A stretch of DNA of 64,000 bases from the human T2T-CHM13v2.0 reference genome, Homo sapiens (GCF_009914755.1 NC_060937.1), one strand, 5' to 3'; positions 1-15,880 are shown, counted from the stretch's first letter. Numbers and translations: made by a program. The notes: generated by a model from the sequence alone, not told the origin.

Positions 1-2
1 TT

Positions 3-411
<409 letters not shown>

Positions 412-519
412 ACGGTTCTCATCTTTCACCACTTTATGGCTTTGAGGATCTGCACAAATAGGAAGTAAAAACAAATACATAGTTGCAAATGGTGTGCTGG
501 TGCATTGGAGGTATGTCCC

Positions 520-2477
520 AACACACATACTGAACCCCTAGGCAAAGGATGGGAGACTAACTGGTCTAAAATATTTAGGAAAATCTTTGTCAAAACATTA
601 GCTGACCACTAAGCTATCCAAGCCAAGCCTTCAGTGCTACCCATGACAAATACAGAAAGTCACTAAACAAACAGTAACAGCAGCAACAACAATCGCAACA
701 CAAACAACTAAATAAATAAACAACAAAAATAAAGTAAAACCAGAACAGAAACAAAACAAAAAAGTGCCGAGAAGTATCTGATTTCCAAAATTTCCACATT
801 ATCATATTTAAAATTATCTAGTCTTTAAGAAAAAAAATGAGATATGTGAAGAAACAGGAAAGGATAATCCATACACCGAAAAAAAGGCCAGTTACTAGAA
901 ATTATCTGCGAGGAAGACAAGATATTACATATACTAGGAAAATACTTTAGATTAACTGGTAATATGTTTCAAAGAACTAGCCAAAATCATGTCTAAAGAG
1001 CTAAAGGAAAATGTAAATGATAACTCACCCAAATAAAAAACAACAACAAAGAGACAAAAATTATTTTAAAAGAAGCAAATAGAAATTCTGCAGTTTAAAA
1101 GCACAATAACTTAAATACAAATTCACTGGAGAGGTCACCAGTAGAATTGGAGTGCTGGAAGAAAGAATTCATGAACTTGATGCTAGGTCAGTTGAAATTA
1201 TCCAGTCTTAGGAACAGTAAGACAAAATAATGAATAAAAAGGAATGGAGGCTGGGTGCAGTGACTCATACATGTAATCCTAGCACTTTGGGAGGCCGAAT
1301 CAGGCAGATCACCTGAGGTCAGGGGTTTGAGACCAGTCTGGCTAAGATGGCAAAACCCCATCAATACTACAAAAATTTGCTGGGCATGGTGGCAAATGCC
1401 TGTAATCCCAGCTACTCAGGAGGCTGAGGCAGGAGAATCACTTGAACCCAGGAGGCGGAGGTTGTAGTGAACTGAGATGCCGCCACTGCACTCCAGCCTG
1501 GGCGACAAGTGAGACTCCATCTCAAAAAAAAAAAAAAAAAAAAAAGAATGGGGAGTCAGACAGAGACCTGTGAGATACCATCAATCATACTAGCTTATCC
1601 GTAATGGGAGTAAAAGTTATTTAAAAAGTCACACATTAAATACAAGGGATCCTCACTAAGAAAACCATCTGACTCTCAGCAGTAACCATGGAGGCCAGAA
1701 GTTAGTCAGATGACATATTCAAAGTTCTAAAAAAAGGACTATCAACCAAGAAATCTATATCTAACAAAAAACATCCTTCGAAACTGAAGGTGAAATTGAC
1801 ATTCTCAGAAAAACAAATATTTGGAAAACTTGTTGCTGGCTGAACTGTCAAATAAAGAATACTAAGGAGAATCTGTCAGACTGAAATTAAAGGGCACTGG
1901 AAAGTAACCTGAGTCCACATGAAGTATAAAGGGCACCATTACCAGTGACTACGTAGGCAAATGTAAAAGAAAGTAAAGCATAATTTTATTTGTGATACTT
2001 TTCTTCGGCTATCCAATTTAAAAGACAATGGAATACATCAGTAATTATAAAACTGTGTTGGTAGGCTTATAATGTCATTATTATTACATAAAACACAAAG
2101 GAGAAGAAAGAAAATAAACCTATATTGGAAGAAAATTGTGTGTACTATTGAAATTAAGTTGCTGTTAACATGCACCAAAATTTTAAAGTTAAGATGTTAA
2201 CTGGAGTCCCGAGGGCAACAACTAATGGAATTGCTCAAAAAATATATAGTAAAAATAAATAAAGGAATTTAAATAGTATACCTGAAAATATTTATTTAAT
2301 AAAAAGAGAGAAGCCATAATGAATGAACACAGAATCAAAAAAGACATAAGACAAATGAATAGGTATATGGCACATGTAAATATTACCTTATCGGTAATCA
2401 TATTAAATGTAAATTAACTACACACTCCAAACTAAAGCCAGAGATTAGTAGAACACATTTAAAAATATAATCAAACT
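520..2477 (+). mobile_element. Old L1 (L1M-type) 5'/ORF1 region to start of ORF2, interrupted by an Alu
   Basis: A-rich ORF1-like sequence (gaaatagaaattctgcag-type, gatgacatattcaaagt). Ends in degenerate endonuclease start (tattaaatgtaaat...cagagattagtagaa). Boundaries approximate. Confidence 0.7.
1249..1545 (+). mobile_element. Alu (AluS-type)
   Basis: ggctgggtgcagtgactc...poly-A; degenerate TSD aaaaa(g)gaatgg. Confidence 0.95.
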
Positions 2478-2945
<468 letters not shown>

Positions 2946-3459
2946 GCTCTAGGTTACAGGAAGTGGGCTTTTTGGTGTGACTATTAGGAAGAAAAAGTAT
3001 TAAAAATAATCACACCACCGTCTGTAATTTTGTAATTTAGAATAGTCCAAATAAGGAAAAAAAAGCTACACAATAAAGGTAACACAGTTAAAACAGAAAG
3101 CTGCCTATAGCTATATATAAAGTGTTTAGGACAGTAGCTGGCACAAAGCAACTGTTTGCTGTTCAAAGAACAAATTGTGTACCCTGCAACAACTCACATT
3201 TCTAGTTTTCCATCTTTCTGCAGGACCAAGGTGAGATTTTGATTAAATCATCAAATTTGCTAATTATGTCACAAAAGTAGCTATCCAAAAGTGCTGCAAT
3301 AGGGAACTATTTATGCATTCTTTAATATTCTTTAAGTATCATTTAGCTAATTTTAGGTAAAAGCAAATAAATGTATAATGCTCATTTTTAATATACTTAT
3401 AGTAAGTTGTTTTCTACATTGTTTTAATAAAATATAAATTAATTATTTCTGTCATGTAG

Positions 3460-3832
<373 letters not shown>

Positions 3833-4424
3833 TGAGAAAAAAATCAGTGGGAATATTCCCACAGGAAGTCTTGAATTCATTCAGGAATGAATTAATAGAA
3901 CTTTGGATTAAAGTTGACTCTAGGTAAGAGTGATCAAGTCAACTTGAACATCTTCTACCCTTAGTCTTGAGCCAAGCTCCTCTATTCTCTGTTCCACATT
4001 TCCAGGTAACTTCAGTTGACATAAGGGTTGACTGCCTTCAGGTGCATTGTGACAGCTGAGATTTGTCAACCCAGGAATGAGAATTTTTTTTCAGATAACA
4101 CTAAACGTTTCAGACTGTATCACACAATTCTACAGATATTTAAAAATTCATTACATCTTTTTATTAAAATAATTTCAAAAGAATTTAAACTATGAACAAA
4201 TGCAAAGAAATAAAATACTAAGATAAAACATTAACTCCCATTACTTTTCAAGTCTTCTAAACTCTTATTGAATTTAATCTTATTAATAATTTTTTCTCTC
4301 TGACATGAGAAGAAAAAAATTGCTGTAATACTCTTTTATGAGTCAAAATCCTTCTGAAAAGTATTTATTATTCTGGTTTAGTTCTTCAGAACAGATAGGT
4401 GTTAACATTTCTTACATATGGTTT

Positions 4425-4815
4425 TGACCCTTTGTGCTGCTACAACAAAATTCTACAGGTTGGGTAAGCTACAAGCAATAGAAATATATTAATAGTCTCA
4501 TAGTTTTGGAAGCTGGGAAGTCCAAGATCAAGGTGCCAGCAGGTTCTGTGTTGGGTAAGGGTTGCTCTGTCTCGAAGATGGTGCCTTGTTGCTGAATCCT
4601 CCAAAAGGAAAGAATGCTGTGTCCTCACAAGTGGAAGGCATGAAAGAGCAAGAGAGTGCTCTCTTCAAACTTGTCCCCTTTTATTAGGGTGCTAATCCCA
4701 TTCATGAAGGCAGAGTCCTCATGACTTAATCACCTCCCAAAGGCCGCAGCTCTCAGTACATTAGGGATTATTCAACATGTATTTTAGAGAGGACACCGTC
4801 ATTTGAACCACAGCA
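4425..4815 (-). mobile_element. MaLR solo LTR (MLT1A-like)
   Basis: ggaagctgggaagtccaagatcaaggtgccagcagg...taatcacctcccaaaggcc...aaccacagca motifs. Confidence 0.8.
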
Positions 4816-5147
4816 ACCTTTTAACTGAAAAATCATGAAAGGTCACATTTAATCACCTGTTCCTTACAGCCTTCCTAGAGAGTCACAAAAAGAGAGAGAA
4901 AAACCAAAAGGAAAAGAAAATAAACATGTACTGACCTGCTTCTATATTACAGGCACTCTCTTAGGTAATTTACATGTGAAAGTGTATTGAAAGCAGTAGA
5001 TTTGTTGAAGTACAAATCAAAAATTATTTTACTGTTTTTTTCCTATCTCTTCCTTCAAACTTTATTACATCTCTCTTGTTCGCCATCAGCCCTTTGGATA
5101 AGATTCCATCACTTTTCAGTAGTTTCCCATCTACTAGAACAGTGTCA

Positions 5148-5471
<324 letters not shown>

Positions 5472-6389
5472 CTATAATAGTCCAATTTAGTCTAAAACCT
5501 GACTTTATTGTCATATCATACTCAAATATCTGCCCTTCCCCCAATTCAGGGACCAGCCATAATTAAAGAAAGATACCTACACTTTCACCTTGCTCAGCCT
5601 TTCCTCACTCTCTCCTCCACCTTCTGACTCTTCCACGATCAGAGCAAAGAAAATGGGTGTTGGGGGGAAAGGATGTTGGAAGGATAGAGTCTTACCCCTG
5701 AGCTGGTGCTCCCCATGGTCCTCACTCAGCTGAGAATGACTGGCTGCTATGTCCTCTCTGGCAGCCTCCACATACTGACTCTCTTGTGTGGCACGTTTGT
5801 GCATTCTTCAAGGCCCAACTGCTCACTCCTCTTCCTGGAATCAATTTTGGGCTACAGATTTGCAGACTTTAAAATTCTCGACGTGGAAAGGAACACATCA
5901 GAGTCAATATTAACCTATGTTCCCTCATCCTGGGGACAGATGACAGGTCCTCACAAGAATTATTTTGCCTTGCTCTACCTAAATGGCTGTGTCCAAATGG
6001 ACCTACAATAAAACTAGCAGGTGATTACATATCTTACTTTCCTTTATGGACTTTTTGTCTCCAGAAGAGTTTTCTTGGAGTATTCCCTCTTGGCCTATTG
6101 GGAGGGAAAAACATACTTTTATCTCCTAAAAAGAAAGTAGGAAAAAAAAAATCTTAACACTCTCTGCAACTTAATCCACTCCTGAAAATTCCATTAAACA
6201 TTGTCCTTGCAATTTCAGATCTCCTCTTGTAGACTATAGAAGCTTGATGGATGCTGGATCATTTCTGTTGCATTTTGGGAATTTCTGCTTGGACATATCT
6301 AATGATTCTCATTAGAATGTGGATGTACTTGTTGGTCATTTAGCAAGGTAACAGGAAAGGTTCCATCTAATATTTTATTACCTATTCAA

Positions 6390-6530
6390 TATCTCATTTA
6401 ACTCTGACAACCATCCTACAATGTATTTATTACTGTTTCCATTTATAGAGGAGAATGCCAATATCTTTTGAAGTTAAGTACCTCTTCAAGGTCACATAGT
6501 AAGTGCACCCAGGTTTTGGAGGATGTATCT
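6390..6530 (-). mobile_element. MIR fragment
   Basis: ccatttatagaggagaa...gttaagtacctcttcaaggtcacatagtaagtg resembles the reverse MIR core. Confidence 0.55.
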
Positions 6531-6579
6531 GACTTAGAAGATATATTTAACTATGTATCTCTTCATGTACCCTCTGCAT

Positions 6580-6750
6580 CAGGAGTTCTGGAACTTTAGT
6601 GTACATCAGAGTAACCTGAATAGCTTCTCGTAATACACATTGCTAGGCCTCTGAACAGGTGTGAGTGAAGACCTAGAAATTTGCATTTCTATCAGGTTCT
6701 CACAGAATGCCAATACTGCTGGTCTGGGGATTACACTTAAAGAAGCTCTT
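6580..6750. mobile_element. MER5A-like hAT DNA transposon (MITE)
   Basis: caggagttctggaactttagtgtacatcaga...ttgcatttctatcaggttctc...ctgctggtctggggattacactt motifs. Confidence 0.7.
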
Positions 6751-6900
6751 GTTGCCTCATTTATGAAAAGGTGAAAGGAAAATAACATAAGAATGTACCT
6801 CATCCACAAAGCTGTCCTTCCACACTGTCACACTTCTGACACCATTCTTTGGAAATCCACATACAATGTATTTCCTTAATGCCATTTCTAAATTCTGCAG

Positions 6901-7199
6901 TTTTTGTTTTTGTTTTTGTTTTTGTTTTGAGACAGAGTCTCTCTCTGTTGCCCAGGCTGGAGTGCAGTGGCATGATCTCGGCTCACTGCAACCTCCACTT
7001 CCTGGGTTCAACCGATTCTCCTCCCTCAGTCTCCTGTAACTTGGGTTAGCCAGCAGGCCCAGCTAATTTTTGTATTTTTAGTAGAGACAGGGTTTCACCA
7101 TGTTGGCCAGACTGGTCTCGAACTCTTGACCTCAGACGATCCATCTGCCTCAATCTCCCAAAGTACTAGGATTACAAGTATGAGCCACTGCACCAGGCC
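6901..7199 (-). mobile_element. Alu (AluS-type, internally altered)
   Basis: (TTTTTG)n tail, reverse dimer, TSD aattctgca(g/a)ttttt. Confidence 0.93.
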
Positions 7200-8904
7200 A
7201 ATTCTGCAATTTTTATATCCTCCATTATTGACTAATGCAAACTGCTTTTCTCTTAACTGTCCAAGCTTCTTTATTTCCTTTCCCCAGGAAACACTTGAAA
7301 ACAAAGCAAAACAAACATTACTACACAAAAATAGGCAGTAACTTTACCTTGCCCTTCTGGTCCTTCCCAATTTGGTGGGTCTTAGTTTCAAGACCTTTTT
7401 TGAACCAAGTTTAAGCCCTCAAAGACACTAGGAAAGAAAAAGTAGAACTGCATCAAACAAGAGGGACAGTGAAGAACCCTGATAATGGGACTGGAGCACC
7501 TCTGGATTTGTTTTAGGCTCTGACTCACTGCCTCCATGGCTAGACTTCTCTTTCCTGGAAATGAAAGGGAGGGCTGTACTGACCGCTCTTCCAGTGTTCC
7601 AGTGAAGATCTGGATTTTATCAGCAGTGGTGATGTTAGTATCAGACTCTAGGAGGTAGGATAAATCTCTAATTCATTGTTATTTTTAATTTTCATTTTTT
7701 CTATTACATTGCTACAACACCAAATGATGTTTGATTACTTTTCTTCCTTGGAAGGAAAAAACAAAAACAAATAAAAACCAATTAGTGTGTCTAAAGACAG
7801 TCAAAATGAGGACTGAAACTTGTTATCTTTTCACTAAGGGAAAAAGACAGAAAATTGCCTCCCATTTCATGGTATTCTTCTCAAATGCTGAATATGGCAC
7901 AATCTACTTACCTAATTATATATGATTTATGACCATTTCCACTGAAGCTACAGAGAGGAAGCTTGTTTCCAAAGACAATATTCAGTTTTATGAAACTCAG
8001 CAGGTACCGCATAAGTCTGCTTTTTACTGCAAAAGGCATAATTACTTGTTTAGAAATGAGAGTGTGAGAGAACTGATGAGAAAAAAATTAAAGTGAAAAA
8101 CTTTTGAAACATAGTGATTTACAGATACTGTTAAGCACATTTATAAATGTGGCCAAGGTGAACAGACTGTGTGTAAACTTCAAACACAGACACTTAAAGA
8201 AGAACAATGAGAACTCCAAATGCCTTCGCCAGTGACTCGTCTTTGAGATGTTGCCAACTGGGGAAGGTCAGCGTCTCTGGGCTTCCCTTCTTGCCTGGGT
8301 AGCAAATCAAAGCCTCCCTTATTGAGCTGGCATTGATTGTATAGAAATAGCTCTGTAGACGCTCTTTGGCTTCGCACTTTCTCAGCTGTTTTCTTCAGGA
8401 AGTAAACACTTTTGTTTTAGGACTCACATCTATTTCCCATTACAATGTTCCAGAGAAACCCTCACATTGAAGAAAGGTTGGTTTGTGCAATGTAATCATC
8501 ATGGCCTCTATATTTCATATTTATTTCTCTTAGGCACAAACAAGTCACTTGGTCTCACGTTTTTGTACTCCCTTCTGTTACAAATCCTGTGCTCAGAAGG
8601 CTTGCTCAACACATTATAAAATGGGCGCTTTAGCTACCAATGAATATAAGTTTCATTTGACTCTTAGCACTTCCTGAAGCATAAAATCAGGGGTAAAGTC
8701 ACAGCATGGTATAAACAACCAAGTAAGAGCAATAAAGAGAAAAACATCATTATGTGATTTTGGTAGAAATGGCAGAAAAAGAAACTGTGTTACATGTATC
8801 TGATTATAAATATGAGAAATCCTTCATTGACTCCCAGCTTTAACTATAAAATGTCCTTGAAAATGAATTTAAACTTTTTACACTGTTCACTATCTTCCAA
8901 AATA

Positions 8905-9150
8905 TTTTTATTGTATATATTTAAAGTGCACAACATGATGTTTTGATATACATATACATAGTGAAATGTCAAGCAAATTAACATATCTATCCTCCCCAAT
9001 ACTTACCTTTTTGTGTGTGTCGTAAAAGTACCCAAAATCTACTGTCTTAGCAAATTTCCAGTATACAATACAATATTATTAATGATAACCCTCATGTTAT
9101 ACATTACATTCCTAGACCTATTCATCCTTTACAGCTGCAACTTTGTACTT
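8905..9150 (-). mobile_element. L1 3' end (L1MA-type)
   Basis: tttattgtatatatttaaagtgcacaacatgatgttttgatatac...caaatttccagtatacaatacaatattatt, typical reverse L1MA 3'UTR. Confidence 0.75.
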
Positions 9151-9524
9151 TTTTCCAATAAATAACAAAACTTTGGCTGAAAACTAATAATACTACATTT
9201 TGAGAAATTAGCAGCAAAATTCTTCGAGTGAAGACAAAGGCTTTTTTAAAAAATAGAGTAAGTAGTAGTTAAATGTATTTTGGTAGATTTTAGAGCTCTC
9301 AAATTTCTAAGATATTCAGTAAGTCAGCCTGGAAAATTATTTTATATATCAGATAACTTGAATCTAGAGAGGTTGGGTCTTTCACAGGAGAGGGCAGTGG
9401 AGTGAAAATTAAAACATAAAAATGTAAACCTCTAGAAACATTTCTTCTCCACAGAAAGACATTTATCATCAACTGGTTATATGTTGTTTCATTTCTTTCT
9501 TCAGAAAAACTCCTATACTGTCCT

Positions 9525-10251
<727 letters not shown>

Positions 10252-11719
10252 GTCCATAAAATATATCCCCAGCTTCTGAATTCTTTTTATAGCTTTCTGT
10301 AGAATAATTTTTTCTGCCTGTTCTGTAACATTTATCCATTTCTTCTTAATTGCAACCCTCAAAATTATTCATAATAAGGAATTATTATATTTGATATATT
10401 CTAAGGTAGAATTATTACTTAAAGGAAAGGTACAAATAAAGCATAGCAAAAAACAAATATGTTTAAATGGTAGCATCTCTTTTTTTGCATCTAAATTTTA
10501 AATTTGCATTTACTAATTAATTGGAGCATTTTGTAGCTAATGGTGATCCTAACTGGAAAAAACATCACATTACAGTTGTTCGGTTTGACCATTTCCTACA
10601 TGATCCAAGGTCATCTTGTCCAACCAGCCAGCTCTTCCATTCATTTAGCCAATATTTATTGAGCATTTTCAATTTGTGTCAAGGATACCAACCTATCTAT
10701 CTGCACCTGTCTATCTATCTATCACTCCCACACACTCTTCATTCTAGAAGAGTTATGATTTGGTTAGAAAGTGTTAAGCCTGTATTGGAATTATAACATG
10801 AACATACAATGGGTCTTAACCTGCCTGGGAAGGTATAAAACACAGAGAACCAGAGGGGAAACCATGCAACATGTTAGCCAATGATGTGAGTGAACATATA
10901 GCAGATACTTTATATGTTTTATGCAGATGCTGCAGCTGAAAATATCATGAGTGCCTGGATGATGGAATTTTTTTATAAATTAGAAAAATGAATCAAATGT
11001 AAAGAGATGGACTTTAGGAGAAATAAATAACACGCATTTGGTTTCAAGAAAGTGCTGCATGAATGGAGGATGATAAAACCTTGGAATCAGAAATAGCAGC
11101 GGTCCTAGCTGGCAGTGACTATGATAGCAATGGCCTTCAAGAATCACCACGGGAAGCATTGACGTGGTGTGATCTAATAGACAAGTACCAAGCCTATTGG
11201 GGCTGCAGTAGAGAAAGAAAAGAAAGATTTCAGCCATGACAAGACACCTGACAAAATTTGTTTACAAATATATATGGACTACCCTCTGGAGAGACCTGAA
11301 TAAAGAAAAGTGTTAGGCAATTGTCTGCTCTAATGGTAGATGAGGAAAAAACATACAGGAGGGAGAAGTGGGAGGATGTTTATTCAGGAAATAAAATATG
11401 AAATGGGGAGGGTTGCTACGTGGAAAACTAGAACCAGACCAGTGATAGTAGCAGAATAGCGGTAGATTCCTAGGGTTGCTGAGATTCTCTTGAAGAAAGG
11501 AGTTTCTGGGTTTTATCTTTGAGATACTTAAAAAAAATTGGGTGGAGTATGGCCCAAGCATCTGAAAACAATACCAGTTTCCTTAGGTGACCTTGAGTGC
11601 ATAAGCCTGAATTCTGGAATTTTATATTACATGCTTACATTTCTTTTTACCCTAACATTATCAGCTCTTTGAGGGAAAAAGTAGGTCTCAAAATATGAAT
11701 GCCAAGATTCTCAAGAATA

Positions 11720-11930
11720 TAAGCTACCATGTGTTGTGTACTTACTGTGTTCAAGGCACATGGTGGATACTCCTCATTTATTTTATCTACTCTTCATTAA
11801 AACCCTCGAAGTTGAGGTACTGATGGCCCTCATTTGGAGATGAAGAAAGGGGATGGAAAGGAGTTAAGCACTTGGCCAGAATCACACGCCTAGTATCAGG
11901 TCTTCTGAAAACCATAGTCATGCTTTTTTA
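11720..11930 (-). mobile_element. MIR fragment
   Basis: cccTcatttggagatgaagaaa...gagttaagcacttggccagaatcacac, reverse MIR core. Confidence 0.6.
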
Positions 11931-12589
11931 TCTTCATTTTGCTTTCTGAGCTAATTAACCAGATTACATGGTTGATAAAATAATTTAAATGTCATAACTT
12001 TGTAAAAGGAAGACAGAATTTTGTAAAAGTAGCAATGCAATTTCAATAATTAACTTTAAATGCTAAACAGTTAAGTGAAGGTTTTACACAATTTATCTAA
12101 TTCAACACCATTGTCTTCCCTGGATATTTAGTTTTTCTATTTATAATGTTTGCTGTGTGCTTTTAGTTTATTACTCTATCTTACAATCCCTTATTTCAAC
12201 ATTTACTTTTTTTCTTTCATATAGTATTGCATTGGAATTTCTCGGTTCTTAAGAAGAAAAGATTATTTGTATTTCTATGATAGGATTAAAGAGGTTTGCT
12301 AAACAGATTTGGTGAAACTAAAAGAGACCAGTAACGAGTCAATTGTGACTGCCATTTTTTTCAGAGTTTTGAATTAAACTACTCTAAAATTTTGTATTAT
12401 ACCTTGAAAAGATATTTTAGAAATGGAAGGCTTCAACTTTATTTTTCCTCATAAATGTTTGGGAATCCTGATTTCATTCCAAATCCCCCTCCTTCCACCA
12501 CAGAATCTGGAATAATGAACTCCTCTAGAGATGATAAACATCTGTTGCTTTCAGAGGGCAATTTGCAGACCTTATTTTATTTCTTATTT

Positions 12590-12750
12590 TGACTCACTAA
12601 AGAAGTAGAGATATTCTTCTTATCTACTTTTAGCAAATGAGGTAATTGAAGCTTAGGGAGTCGAAGAACTTGCCCAAGATCAATAGCTATCAGGTGGTGG
12701 AGCTCTCATTCTAATAAAGCTGACCACAAAACCTATATTCATAGCTCCTA
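12590..12750 (-). mobile_element. MIR fragment
   Basis: ttttagcaaatgaggtaattgaagcttagggag...aacttgcccaagatc, reverse MIR core. Confidence 0.55.
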
Positions 12751-13516
12751 CAATTGCAAGGCAAGGGACGTTGAATATCACAAATGTGTGTGGTGGTTTT
12801 AACACAAATTATAGAGCACAGATCAGTGATTGAGGAGTAGAAGATATACATCAACCAAAGATAAAAGCTGGTATTTGCAAGATTAAAAAGATATACAACT
12901 ACACAGAAAACATTTCCAAAACCAATTGGAAATTAATTAAATGCAGTATTGAGCAACTGTTTGGATGTAATTTAAAGTTTCATTAATTGAGGAAATGCTG
13001 AAAAAATATACAGTGATATATTTTACAGAGATCAAAGGAACGATAGGATTTACATAGGCTGATTTTGAAATGTCTTTGATTTGTGAGTTAAAAAATAGGC
13101 ACATTACAAAACAGTGTGTAGTGTATGGGTGAACACCATCAATGACAAGACTTGTGTGGGCAAGTATGTATGTGCAGTTGCTTATGTACATACTGTAAGA
13201 TAAATTCTTACAGGAGGCATTCCTGAGGTATAGGTTTGCATATTTAAAATGTTGATGGATACTGACCAATATAATTCTCTCTACCCAGAGGTGGATATAA
13301 GTATGTATTTTTACATCCTCTTGCCAATCATAATTTTTTCTAATATTCTATTCACAGAATATTTAGTTTTAATTTGCATTTTTTCATTAATGTGGTATAG
13401 TACATTCCATTTGTCAATTAACTATACAAATCTTTTCTCATTTTGGGTTACTTGGTTTATTTTTTATTTTTAGGGTCTTCTGCTTTATAATATATGTAAC
13501 CTGTTTTAATGTCTTG

Positions 13517-14028
13517 TGTTGGGAACAGGCCCCCCAAAATCTGGCCATAAACTGGCCACAAAACTGGCCATAAACAAAATCTCTGCAGCACTGTGACATG
13601 TTCATGATGGCCATGACGCCCATGCTGGAAGGTTGTGGGTTTACCGGAATGAGGGCAAGGAACACCTGGCCCACCCAGGGCAGAAACCGCTTAAAGGCAT
13701 TCTTAAACCACAAACAATAGCATGAGCAATCTGTGCCTTAAGGACATGCTCCTGCTGCAGATAACTAGCCCAACCCATCCCTTTATTTCGGCCCATCCCT
13801 TCATTTCCCATAAGGGATACTTTTAGTTAATCTAATATCTATAGAAACAATGCTAATGACTGGCTTGCTGTTAATAAATATGTAGGTAAGTCTCTGTTTG
13901 GGGCTCTCAGCTCTGAAGGCTGTGAGACCCCTGATTTCCCACTTCACACTTCTATATTTCTGTGTGTGTGTGTTTAATTCCTCTAATGCCACTGGGTTAG
14001 GGTCTCCCTGACCGAGCTGGTATCGACA
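13517..14028 (+). mobile_element. 5' LTR (MER9 family)
   Basis: tgttgggaacaggccc...ctggccataaactggcc start; AATAAA at 13873-13878; ends tatcgaca. Confidence 0.92.
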
Positions 14029-14030
14029 AG

Positions 14031-14049
14031 TGGCACCCATATGTGGGGG
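14031..14049 (+). promoter_or_regulatory. Primer-binding site, degenerate tRNA-Lys type
   Basis: tggcacccatatgtggggg, 2 nt after the LTR, versus the Lys1,2 PBS TGGCGCCCAACGTGGGGC. Confidence 0.8.
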
Positions 14050-14179
14050 CTCGAATCCAGGCCAAAGGTTCACCGGAGTGACAGTTGGAGAACGTGGAAC
14101 TAGCTGGAGGACACCCGAGTACTCTTAAAGCAATCCCCGTGGTGAGTAAGAAGAGGAGCTCAGAAGCATCAGGGTAACA

Positions 14180-15070
14180 ATGGGACAAGTGTGGGCTGTG
14201 GTTCGTTCACACTGATGATGTGAACTGATGATCAGGAGGAAGGAGAGTATTTTCACACTGATGATGAGGAGGAAGGAGAGTATAACGAAGTAACAGAAGA
14301 GGTTACAGAGCATGTTTATTTGCCAGCTAAAGCTAAAGTGGCAAAGGAGGGAGAGTTTCATCCCTACCTTTCTGCACCCCCTCATTGTTATTTTGAAGAA
14401 AAAGAGTGGCCTGACCCTGCAGATCTCTCTTTTCCAGAGGACACTGGGCTAAAAGTAGTTGCCCCAGTGACTGTTCGAGCAGCACCTTGAGTGACCGCTC
14501 TCAGTTCTATTCAGGCAGGAATTCAGCAAGCTAGACAAGAGGGTGATATAGAGGCTTGCCAGTTCCCTGTTAGAATACACCTGCCAGATCAACAGGGAAA
14601 TATTATAGCTACATTTGAGCCTTTTCCTTTTAAATTTGGGAAAGCACATTTAGTTGATTATATCAAGGCCTGTGATGGTATTGGAGGTAATCTGCATAAG
14701 GCTACTCTGCTAGCACAGGCAATGGCAGGACTGAGAGTGGATAAAGGAAATACTCCATTTCCTGGAGCTTGTTTTAACTGTAGGAAGCATGGTCATACAA
14801 AAAAAGAATGCAGAAAATATTAGCAAGTCAGGCCGCCAGATAGGGGAAAAAAGAAAACTGCTGAGCCTGAAATATGTCCAAAATGTAAAAAAGGAAAACA
14901 TTGGGGTAATCAGTGTCACTCTAAGTTTGATAAAGATGGGAACCTGATTTCAGGAAATGCCACGAGGGGCCCATCCTGGGCCCCATTCCAAACCGAGGGA
15001 TTTACGGCTTTGGCCATTCCCTCACCCCTGTACAATGTCTGTCCCCCGCCACAGCTGGTAGTGCTGCAGT
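14180..15070 (+). pseudogene. gag: HML-3 gag remnant (MA/CA largely deleted; two CCHC zinc knuckles)
   Basis: Starts MGQ (myristoylation-type); CFNCRKHGHTKKEC and CPKCKKGKHWGNQC; in-frame stops. Confidence 0.88.
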
Positions 15071-15880
15071 AGATTTATACTGCACAAAAGCTGTGAGCCT
15101 TCTGCCTGGGGAATGCCCTCAAAAGGTCCCAAGAGGAATCTGTGGACCCTTGCCAGTGGGGATGATAGGATTACTTTTAGGAAGGTCTAGCTTAAGTTTA
15201 AAAGGGGTAAAAATACATACAGGAGTCATTGATTCAGATTACAATGGGGAAATTCAAATTATTATATCTACTTCTGTTCCCTGGAAAGCAGAGCCAGGAG
15301 AGTGTATAGCACAGCTCCTGATTGTGCCATATATGGAAACAGGGAAAAGTGAAATTAAATGAACAGGAGGATTTGGAAGCACAAATAAACAAGACAAAGC
15401 AGCTTATTGGGTAAATTGAGTTACTGATAAACATCCTACCTGTGAAACAACTATTCAGGGAAAGAAATTTAAAGGTTTGGTAGATACCGGAGCGGACATT
15501 TCAATCATTTCTCTACAGCACTGGCCGTCCGCGTGGCCAATTCAACCCACTCAATTTAACATAGTTGGAGTTGGTAAAGCCCCTGAAGTATATCAAAGCA
15601 GTTATATTTTGCATTGTGAAGGGCCCGATGGACAACCTGGGACTATTCAACCAATTATAACTTCTGTATCTATAAATTTATGGGGGAGAGATTTATTACA
15701 ACAATGGGGAGCACAAGTTCTAATTCCAGAACAATTACATAGCCCTCAGAATCAACAGATGATGCATGAAATGGGGTTATGTCCCTAGTATGGGACTAGG
15801 AAAAAATTTGCAAGGTTTGAAAGAACCGCTTCAAGCGGAAAGACTAAGTTTCCACCAAAGATTAGGATATCATTTTTGAT
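14955..15880 (+). pseudogene. pro: HML-3 dUTPase-protease (pro) remnant with C-terminal G-patch
   Basis: dUTPase motifs GRSSL and GVIDSDYNGEIQI, then GGFGST; protease DTGAD and INLWGRDLL; G-patch-like MGLGKNLQG; several stops. Confidence 0.9.

Noticed and set aside
14031-14056. tRNA-like sequence
   Set aside because: Only the proviral PBS complementary to a tRNA-Lys 3' end; no cloverleaf.
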